Positions 45,051-52,235 of a DNA stretch of 64,000 nt are shown piece after piece; position 1 is the first letter of the stretch; each line of letters opens with the position of its first letter. The notes beneath the pieces were generated by a model, which was not told the DNA's origin, did no database searches, and saw only the letters and a list, made by a program, of their open reading frames with translations. Both the position numbers and the translations under genes were made by a program. The DNA is from Candidatus Micrarchaeota archaeon (GTDB lineage Archaea > Micrarchaeota > Micrarchaeia > Micrarchaeales > CABMGC01), in the NCBI GenBank assembly GCA_021803945.1, contig JAJZKW010000004.1:310-64309 (forward strand). Reading direction: 5' to 3'.

Positions 45051-45125
45051 TAGCGGGAGGTGGATTTGAACCACCGATCTCCGGGTTATGAGCCCGGCGG
45101 GCACTCCAGGCTACCCTACCCCGCT
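45051..45125 (-). tRNA. Initiator tRNA-Met (anticodon CAU)
   Basis: Reverse complement AGCGGGGTAGGGTAGCCTGGAGTGCCCGCCGGGCTCATAACCCGGAGATCGGTGGTTCAAATCCACCTCCCGCTA. The A1:U72 pair and three G:C pairs closing the anticodon stem are archaeal initiator hallmarks. Confidence 0.9.
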
Positions 45126-45280
45126 TCATTACTAAATAAAGAAGCAACAAAATATAAAGGACACACAAACTATTATATAAGAAAATATACAAAATACTGC
45201 TGGTGTACAGCTGTGTTGCCTTTGCCAGGGTCTGTCAGAAGCAGCAGCCATTCCTCGGCAACGCCAGCTTTCAGACGACA

Positions 45281-45600
45281 CACAAGACACACAAAACAAC
45301 CGATGCACAAAACAACAACCCCTCACACAAATATTGCTAAAAATTGTTAGATTTATATATGAGAAGCGCATTAACACCATTACAGACAACCAGACACAAA
45401 CAGTGATAGTAATGCCAAAACACACACAAAAAAATAGAACAAAGGCCACTAAACTCAAAAACAACCCCAAACAGCACAAAAACAACACAAAACACATAAA
45501 AAACCCAAACCACAAAACGAAACATAACACAACAACAAAACAGCAAAAAAAGCAGCCAAAGCCAATACAGAGGGACAAAGAAGAGGCATTGGCGCGCAGC
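45281..45600 (+). repeat. Low-complexity A+C-rich tract (locally above 90 % A+C)
   Basis: Hand count for 45481-45540: 57 of 60 nt are A or C (1 G, 2 T). It spans the tfe promoter/leader and the first ~60 codons from ATG 45412. Confidence 0.8.
45351..45360 (+). promoter_or_regulatory. TATA box ATTTATATAT for tfe
   Basis: It lies about 55 nt upstream of the first ATG (45412) and downstream of the TTG used by the ORF track. Confidence 0.45.
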
Positions 45601-46116
45601 AAACAATTGGAAGAGTCAAGACAGATAACAGAAAGGCTTCAAAACAAAACATTCACACAGCACATAGACACGAAAGTTGGGGCCAACACGTCAGACATAC
45701 TTAAGGTCCTTGCCAAGGCACAAAAAACAGACGAGGACATAGCAACGCAACTCAACATGAAGGTAAACGACGTGAGGAGGGCCCTCAACATAATGAATGG
45801 CTACAGCATAGTCAAATACGACGTGAACAAGGACAGCAAGGGCTGGCTTATGTTCAAATGGAAGATTAACAGCGAGAAGCTGGAAGACTACATAGCCAAC
45901 ACAGAGAAAGAGCTCAGCGCCGAGGCCGAACCGGAACTCCCAAGCAACTGCAACGACTTCTTCATATGCAAGAAATGCTACACCAACCAGAAGATAGTGC
46001 TGCCTTTTGAGACAGCATTCGATTCGGGATTCAACTGCGACAACTGCGGGAAGCCCTACGCCATACTCAGCCGCAACGAAGCAATAGATCTTTTCAAGAC
46101 ATCACAGGAGCAGTAA
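45412..46116 (+). CDS. tfe: Transcription factor E alpha (TFE) with a ~65-aa K/N/T/Q/H/P-rich N-terminal extension
   Basis: Winged helix SDILKVLAKAQKTDEDIATQLNMKVNDVRRALNIMNGYSIVKY...WLMFKWKIN and Zn ribbon CKKC...CDNC. The track start (TTG 45334) lies upstream of the TATA ATTTATATAT (45351-45360), so the first ATG 45412 is used. A later TTG start (45589 or 45607) cannot be excluded. Confidence 0.65.
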   Translation: MPKHTQKNRTKATKLKNNPKQHKNNTKHIKNPNHKTKHNTTTKQQKKQPKPIQRDKEEALARSKQLEESRQITERLQNKTFTQHIDTKVGANTSDILKVLAKAQKTDEDIATQLNMKVNDVRRALNIMNGYSIVKYDVNKDSKGWLMFKWKINSEKLEDYIANTEKELSAEAEPELPSNCNDFFICKKCYTNQKIVLPFETAFDSGFNCDNCGKPYAILSRNEAIDLFKTSQEQ

Positions 46117-46119
46117 TTG

Positions 46120-46446
46120 CTACAATCCGGCCTTTCTGGACAACTCAACAAGCTTCTTTAACGACCCAGAAGTCCTCAACGTGAAGAATCCCACAGGAGA
46201 GCCGTCCAAGTCCTTTATAAAAGAAAAGGCAAGGGCAATGCCCCCTTCATAACCCCTATTCACACGCACTATGAAAGCGCGCTCCCCGGCACGGCACACG
46301 ACCTTAGGGTGGCCCCTTACATATCCAATAGCGCCAATCTCAGCGCAGAGGAGCGAAATTATCTTGTTTGAAACAACCTTATCCCCAACATCGAGCGGAG
46401 CGGTGGCCTCCACCAGCACGTATCTGTTCTTCGGCCTAGCTATCAT
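46120..46446 (-). CDS. RNase P protein component 2 (Pop5)
   Basis: KNRYVLVEATAP...IGYVRGHPKVVCRAGERAFIVRVNRGYEGGIALAFSFIKDLDG...TLRTSGSLKKL follows the Pop5 pattern. The start is set at Met42, which overlaps the Rpp30 stop by 11 nt. Confidence 0.65.
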   Translation of the reverse strand: MIARPKNRYVLVEATAPLDVGDKVVSNKIISLLCAEIGAIGYVRGHPKVVCRAGERAFIVRVNRGYEGGIALAFSFIKDLDGSPVGFFTLRTSGSLKKLVELSRKAGL

Positions 46447-46930
46447 AAAACATCCCCCCAAACAACCCCGGCACATCGTCAAACAGAAGCCGGGAAACCT
46501 CAGACATCTGCATCGCAGAGAGGAGCATATGTTCTGAATCCGCAAAGGAGACCAGCGACACCCTAGCACCCATCTTGCGCGAAGCTAATATTATCTTGCG
46601 CATCCTGCCCACTCTAACCCCCCTTTCCTTAACCGTCGTTTTCATAAGCTGGCCAACCACCAAAAAAACAGTCTTCCCCATTTCGGCAGCTTTCTCCACA
46701 ACCTTTTTGGCAAGCTCATTATCCTCAAAAACAATGCCCGCAACGCAACTATCCCTAACCGCCCCGATAAGGGTCCCAGGGTCCTTGCTAATAACGATCA
46801 AAGGCAAGTCCGTCTTCTCCGTGCGCCCGGAAACGACGAGGTCTTTCCCGACACAATAAATTTTTTTGTAACCGAGCCTCTTGCAAAGGTCTTCACCAAC
46901 ACCAAAACGCGCAATGTCAAAATACCCCAT
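46436..46930 (-). CDS. RNase P protein component 3 (Rpp30), shortened form
   Basis: The C-terminal half LAKKVVEKAAEMGKTVFLVVGQLM...RVGRMRKIILASRKMGARVSLVSFADSEHMLLS matches the Rpp30 TIM-barrel C-terminal strands. The prefoldin-Rpp30-Pop5 order is conserved in archaea. Confidence 0.55.
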   Translation of the reverse strand: MGYFDIARFGVGEDLCKRLGYKKIYCVGKDLVVSGRTEKTDLPLIVISKDPGTLIGAVRDSCVAGIVFEDNELAKKVVEKAAEMGKTVFLVVGQLMKTTVKERGVRVGRMRKIILASRKMGARVSLVSFADSEHMLLSAMQMSEVSRLLFDDVPGLFGGMFYDS

Positions 46931-46964
46931 TTTGGACCTCTCCTTTAGCAGAAACTACCAATCA

Positions 46965-47318
46965 CTACGCTCCTTGGGAAGCTTTATAGATTTCGGTTAT
47001 CTTTTCACTAAGCTGCTTCTCCTTTAACTTCAGTTCATCATACTGTTTCGTTATGGACTTTATCCTTGTGTCGGACAGCTCGCCCCTGTCTTTCAGGTCG
47101 GCCAGAGCCTTCTCCTTCGTAGTTTCAACTACAATACCTCCAACGCTCATGTAGACCTTGCCAGTCGAGCCAGTCACTTCCTCAGAGGCCCTCTCAAATT
47201 CGGCTTTCTGGACCTTTAGCTGCTCAAGCTGTATCGCGTACATCCTCAACTGTTCCTGTACCATCTGATAATCCCTGACCATCTTCTCCACTTCCTGCTC
47301 GTCCGGCTGCTGCACCAT
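46965..47318 (-). CDS. pfdB: Prefoldin beta subunit
   Basis: Two heptad coiled coils flank the beta hairpins ...GKVYMSVGGIVVETTKEKALADL... Confidence 0.75.
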   Translation of the reverse strand: MVQQPDEQEVEKMVRDYQMVQEQLRMYAIQLEQLKVQKAEFERASEEVTGSTGKVYMSVGGIVVETTKEKALADLKDRGELSDTRIKSITKQYDELKLKEKQLSEKITEIYKASQGA

Positions 47319-47374
47319 ACAATCACTTATATAAATTTAGGGTAATATGTAGTTATAACATTAATAATATAGCC

Positions 47375-47385
47375 TTATATTTATA
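47375..47385 (+). promoter_or_regulatory. TATA box TTATATTTATA for the 47405/47876 gene pair
   Basis: Centre lies 25 nt upstream of the TTG start at 47405. Confidence 0.4.
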
Positions 47386-47404
47386 GCAGCAGGCAGGTGG
47401 GTTT

Positions 47405-47875
47405 TTGGATCTTAACGAAGCGTCCTTGATAGAGAACGAGGTGACCATCAGAAACCTCAGGCTCACGGACGAAGTCCTTGAGACAAGGAGGGCTGCAATA
47501 CGGTGGCTTGCGCTCTCCCTGGGTATAATAAATCCCGGAGAGTCCAGGCAAAGCTCTTTGGCTGTCCTTGACGCCCTTGTGAATTTCCAATTCATAAAAA
47601 ACATAGACCCATCAGTCAAGGACATCTCCGAATACATAAACGCAAACTGGGAGAAGATAAACGAGAAGACGCTCAGATATCACCTACTGAAAATGAAGAA
47701 TATGGGTTACATCGACAATTCAGCAGGCAAGTTCTTCTTCAGTCCGCCGAACACCGGAGACAGGTATGACCCGCACAACTGGGCAAGGCACGCATTCGAA
47801 TCCAATTACCTTAATATAGCAAACAAAATAGGGCAGGTAATAAAAGACATCAAGACCAAATCAAGAGGCGTATAG
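47405..47875 (+). CDS. Winged-helix protein (156 aa), probably leaderless with a TTG start
   Basis: KDISEYINANWEKINEKTLRYHLLKMKNMGYIDNSAGKFFF is a wHTH-like pattern. TATA TTATATTTATA (47375-47385) lies 25 nt upstream. The stop directly abuts the next gene's ATG. Confidence 0.45.
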   Translation: MDLNEASLIENEVTIRNLRLTDEVLETRRAAIRWLALSLGIINPGESRQSSLAVLDALVNFQFIKNIDPSVKDISEYINANWEKINEKTLRYHLLKMKNMGYIDNSAGKFFFSPPNTGDRYDPHNWARHAFESNYLNIANKIGQVIKDIKTKSRGV

Positions 47876-49462
47876 ATGAAACAAATAAAAGAGAGATACC
47901 TATGGGCCGCATTTTTCATAGCGGTTATTGTCATCTCGCTATACTTCAGACTGTATTATCAGGCGCCAATCTCGCTGAATATAAGCATGCCTTCCTACAA
48001 CACAACCAAGGTATACCCCTACCAGCAAGTAAGCATACCCATAACAATATCTAATACTGGGTCATCCTCATTCTCTAACCTGACCTTCGGTCTGTATATA
48101 AACGGCAACGTAAGCACGGTGTACAAGGCGTCCATACCAGGATCGAAACAAGCCTTAATGCACTTCAATTTCACGCCAAAATCTGCAGGCACATACAAAA
48201 TCTCCTTCATAGCCGACCCAAGCAAGCTGTACAACATAATAAACCGCCGCACGGCCAGGGCAAACACCACAATCACGGTTTCTCCGCAGCAGGCGGCAGC
48301 TCCGTATGCCAACTTCAACAAAGGGGCTCTTGGCGTAGACACGTTCGAGCTAAGTCCCCTTGGCTTCGCAGTCTCAACTTTCCTGGTAAACAATTTCAGC
48401 ACCACAAGATTCTCGCTCACAACATCAACAAATGTAGACAACTTCATCTATCCCGCCGTGGACGTATACATGCCGTATATTAAAAAAATTGCCGTAGCGC
48501 ATGCATATTACACAAACTACAGCCTTGCCTCGATATGGATAAGCGGATACATAAACCCCGACTCATTGGACCAAGTGGCAATAGGTAAAGGGATCAACGT
48601 AACGCTTTCGGGAAACGTCTCCTTGATAAAACTTGGAAACAGCACTACTGCGTGCAGCTGGTATTCCGGAGGCTGGACAAAGGTCCTCATATCGATATTG
48701 GGGAACAGCTGCCTGTCCTATCTGAATAAGACCTCCGCATTTAACTATTCGGAGCTGTATAATACGCTAAACGACAAAAACACGTCAATACTAAACTACT
48801 CAGGGTATATCTCAAACCTTACCTATTCTGGAGACATACTCTACAAGAACAAGACCTTTTTGTACCAAAGCCTGATGCATGGTGGGAAGGGGGTGAACTT
48901 CAGCAACACCTGCTACGGAAACATACTCAACATATCAAACACCTCCTATTGCAGCACAAACCTGATAAGCGGGAACTTCATGCTTTCCAAAGTAACCAAG
49001 CTCATAGGTAACTACAACGTAAGCGTATGGGCCCTTACAAATACAAGCAACATAGAACAAGGCAGCAGCTACGCCCTTGGACTGGCCGAAGCCTACAACC
49101 TCACAGGGAACAAGACTGTCTTTGTCTCAGCGTTCGTGAACAAATGTTATCTCGAAGCAAGCCTCCCATGCAGCAGCCCGGCATTCAACTACAACAACAT
49201 CACAATATCTTTCTCTAACGATTTTAACGAACCTGTAACAATAAACACGCTTGGCTGCTTCCTAGCAGGAAATTACACTCCAAGCGAGCTGGGACTTACT
49301 GTGGCTCCAGGGAAAAGCGCAAGCATAAGCGCCACATGCTACAACAACGGGGCTACACTTTCAGGGATAGTCCCTCTCGGCCTCGAATTCAGCCTGGTCC
49401 TGAACTACACTGTAGGAGGCAAAACCGCAACCTCGCAGGGATACGCATACATAGCAAAGTGA
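47876..49462 (+). CDS. Large sequon-rich surface protein: N-terminal anchor, CARDB-like domain, C-terminal pilin-type globular domain
   Basis: N-terminal TM YLWAAFFIAVIVISLYF. ISNTGSSSFSNLTFGLYINGN...FNFTPKSAGTYKISFIADP is CARDB-like. The C-terminal ~115 aa start CYLEASLPC and end in a beta-rich segment like 18854 and 22486. There are more than 30 NxS/T sequons. Confidence 0.5.
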   Translation: MKQIKERYLWAAFFIAVIVISLYFRLYYQAPISLNISMPSYNTTKVYPYQQVSIPITISNTGSSSFSNLTFGLYINGNVSTVYKASIPGSKQALMHFNFTPKSAGTYKISFIADPSKLYNIINRRTARANTTITVSPQQAAAPYANFNKGALGVDTFELSPLGFAVSTFLVNNFSTTRFSLTTSTNVDNFIYPAVDVYMPYIKKIAVAHAYYTNYSLASIWISGYINPDSLDQVAIGKGINVTLSGNVSLIKLGNSTTACSWYSGGWTKVLISILGNSCLSYLNKTSAFNYSELYNTLNDKNTSILNYSGYISNLTYSGDILYKNKTFLYQSLMHGGKGVNFSNTCYGNILNISNTSYCSTNLISGNFMLSKVTKLIGNYNVSVWALTNTSNIEQGSSYALGLAEAYNLTGNKTVFVSAFVNKCYLEASLPCSSPAFNYNNITISFSNDFNEPVTINTLGCFLAGNYTPSELGLTVAPGKSASISATCYNNGATLSGIVPLGLEFSLVLNYTVGGKTATSQGYAYIAK

Positions 49463-49475
49463 CTCCCTGATCCTT

Positions 49476-52235
49476 ATGGAAGAAAGCCCATACAAACTAT
49501 TCCTTACAAAATTCAACGATTTTACAGATGTCCAAAAGCTCAGCATAGGTCCAATAGAGCAGGGGCACAACTGCCTAATAATCGCACCTACAGGCAGCGG
49601 TAAGACAGAAGCGGCAATACTCCCAACACTTAACAAAATATCTAAAGCCAAAAACAAGCAGGGCATATACTCCCTTTATGTAACTCCGACAAGGGCGCTG
49701 AATAGGGACCTTATAAAAAGGCTTGAATGGATTGGGTCGAAACTTGGCATAAGCATAGCGGTCAGGCATGGGGATACAACCCAGTCGGAACGCAGAAAGC
49801 AGAGACTATCCCCGCCGCAACTTCTAATAACCACACCAGAGACTATACAGAACCTCCTTCTATCTAAAGCGCTTCGGAAGAGCCTTGAAAACCTCAAGGC
49901 AGTCATTGTGGACGAGGTGCATGAGTTATATTATAACAAGCGAGGCGCGCAGCTGTCAATAGCCCTAGAAAGGTTGGAAGAGATAGCAAAAGGATACCAG
50001 CGGATAGGAATCAGCGCAACCATAGGTGACGTAGATGAAGCCTCAAATTTCCTTTTCAACGGGAAGCCGCACAAAAACATAGCATCAACAATACAAAAAC
50101 AGGTCGAGATAACCGTAGAGATGCCACAGATACCAAAACACGATGACAAAGAGTTCAGGCTGTCCTTCGGTCTGGATCTTCAGGCCTACGCAAGGATAAC
50201 GAGAGTCACAGAGCTGATAGCAGGCGCGAAGGCAGCAATAATATTTGCAAACACAAGGCAGGCAGTAGAGTCGATAGGGAGCAAGCTGATAATGTTAGAG
50301 AAAACGATAGACTTCGGGAAAATTGGCATTCACCACAGTTCTATAGACAAAGACGAAAGGATCAAAACAGAGAATGCATTCAAGAGCGGGGATATAAAAG
50401 CGATAATAGCCACAAGCTCCCTTGAGCTGGGCATAGATGTAGGCGAGATAGACCTTGTCGTCCAGTACGGGTCACCCAAACAGGTTACAAGGCTAATACA
50501 AAGGGTGGGGAGGGGAGGACACAGGCAGATGGCCAAGTCCATTGGAACGATCATAACACATAACGAGCTCGACTGCCTAGAATCGATTGCAATAGCCGAA
50601 GCTGCCATCTCATTAAGGCTGGAAAAACACAAAGTGGAGAGGTGCGCGCTCGATGTCCTCGCAAACCAGATATGTGCTATGGCAATGGAGTACGGGAAGA
50701 TAGGCAAGAGTCAGGCGTTCAGGATAATTACAAACTCATTCGTATACAAAGACCTCACAGAAGCGGATTTCGCAAGGACATGCTGCCTATTGTCAGACCT
50801 GCGCCTGATAAGGCAAGACAGCAGCAGCATATCCTTCAGTCCGAAGGGAAGAAACTACTTCATAAACGCAATAAGTGTAATACCAGACACAACGAGATTC
50901 CTAGTCAAGGAAGTTGTTGAGAACAAGATAATATCAACCCTAGACGAAGAGTTTGTATATAATTACATAGATCAGGGATCGGTCTTCATCACAAAAGGGC
51001 TCCCATGGAAAGTAGTGAGCATAGAAGAAAACACAATACTTGTCGAGTCCAGCGATGATATGTCTGCCGCAGTCCCGGATTGGGATGGGGAAGACATACC
51101 AGTTTCAAAGGATATAGCGTCGAAGGTGTGGTGGTACATGCAGAAAGGGGTGAAGGAGGAGAACGCAAAGGTAGAGCAGCACGCACTCTCAGAAATATCA
51201 AAATTTATACAAGAAAACTCCAGATACTTCGTCCCGAAAGAGGATACGATAACAATAGAGGAGCTTGACAACTGTGCAATTGCATACATGCCCACCGGAA
51301 AGCTCGCAAACGAGTTCATATCAAGGATTGTCTCAATCATGGCATCATCACACTCCGGTGCGAAGGTGAACGCCAGGGCCACCCCATATGCCATAATTTT
51401 GGACTATAGCAGCGTGATAAGGAGACCAGACACGGCAGCCATATTCAAGGAGCTAAAAAACATCCGCATAGATGACAAGTCTTTCATATTAGACACCGAC
51501 CTGTTCAGGTACAAATTCGTGCAGACAGCGAAGCTATTCGGAGTCGTTGAAAAAAAGACGACCGTGACAAAGAGCATGGCAAACAGGCTTATCAGCTTCT
51601 ACGAAGCATCCCCGATATTCGACGAAACAATGCGCGACCTTTACAAGAACTATTTCGACATTGGAGTCACCAGAAAACTCCTGGAGGGCATGAAGTCAGG
51701 CTCTGTCAGGATTGAGCTTGCCGAAAAGACTCCGTCCCCGATGTCAAAGGCGATATTGCAATCAGTTTTCAAGTACGGGGAGCTCCTCTCAACCCCCGAA
51801 AGGAGCACAGTCATAGACAAAATGTTCGACAAATTCGATGGAAGGAGCATAAAAATGATATGTACTTTCTGCGGCCACGTGTTCAATGAAAAGATAGACA
51901 TGAACAGCAGCGACAAGCTCCTGTGTACCTCGTGCAAAAGCCCGATGATTGTGATATACAGCGACAAATACGAAGAATTAATAAAAAAGAGAGCATTGCA
52001 AAAGCCACTCAAGGAGAAAGACAACGCACTATACAAGGAGATGATGAAGGAAGCCAGCATGGTAGACGCATATGGCTTCAGGGCGCTTGTGTCCCTCTCA
52101 GTCTACGGTATAGGGATAGAGACCGCTTCCAGGCTCCTCAGGTACATAAGGAAGGACTATAAAATGTTCTTCGTCGATGTCATAGATGCGCAGAGGAACT
52201 TCATAAAAAATAGGAAATTCTGGAAGATCGACTAG
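49476..52235 (+). CDS. lhr: Lhr-type superfamily-2 helicase (DEAD/DEAH box plus Lhr-associated domains, C-terminal Zn ribbon)
   Basis: Motif I APTGSGKTEAA, motif II VDEVHE, motif III SAT and motif VI QRVGRGGH. It has a long C-terminal extension with CTFCGH...CTSC. Confidence 0.8.
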   Translation: MEESPYKLFLTKFNDFTDVQKLSIGPIEQGHNCLIIAPTGSGKTEAAILPTLNKISKAKNKQGIYSLYVTPTRALNRDLIKRLEWIGSKLGISIAVRHGDTTQSERRKQRLSPPQLLITTPETIQNLLLSKALRKSLENLKAVIVDEVHELYYNKRGAQLSIALERLEEIAKGYQRIGISATIGDVDEASNFLFNGKPHKNIASTIQKQVEITVEMPQIPKHDDKEFRLSFGLDLQAYARITRVTELIAGAKAAIIFANTRQAVESIGSKLIMLEKTIDFGKIGIHHSSIDKDERIKTENAFKSGDIKAIIATSSLELGIDVGEIDLVVQYGSPKQVTRLIQRVGRGGHRQMAKSIGTIITHNELDCLESIAIAEAAISLRLEKHKVERCALDVLANQICAMAMEYGKIGKSQAFRIITNSFVYKDLTEADFARTCCLLSDLRLIRQDSSSISFSPKGRNYFINAISVIPDTTRFLVKEVVENKIISTLDEEFVYNYIDQGSVFITKGLPWKVVSIEENTILVESSDDMSAAVPDWDGEDIPVSKDIASKVWWYMQKGVKEENAKVEQHALSEISKFIQENSRYFVPKEDTITIEELDNCAIAYMPTGKLANEFISRIVSIMASSHSGAKVNARATPYAIILDYSSVIRRPDTAAIFKELKNIRIDDKSFILDTDLFRYKFVQTAKLFGVVEKKTTVTKSMANRLISFYEASPIFDETMRDLYKNYFDIGVTRKLLEGMKSGSVRIELAEKTPSPMSKAILQSVFKYGELLSTPERSTVIDKMFDKFDGRSIKMICTFCGHVFNEKIDMNSSDKLLCTSCKSPMIVIYSDKYEELIKKRALQKPLKEKDNALYKEMMKEASMVDAYGFRALVSLSVYGIGIETASRLLRYIRKDYKMFFVDVIDAQRNFIKNRKFWKID

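Noticed and set aside
45132-45652. Minus-strand Cys/Phe/Val-rich ORFs (156, 89 and 65 aa), and the plus-strand 96-aa ORF 45060-45350 that overlaps the initiator tRNA.
   Set aside because: These are artefacts of the stop-poor G+T-rich complement of the A+C tract. The repetitive CFV composition is not protein-like. One of them overlaps a tRNA gene.
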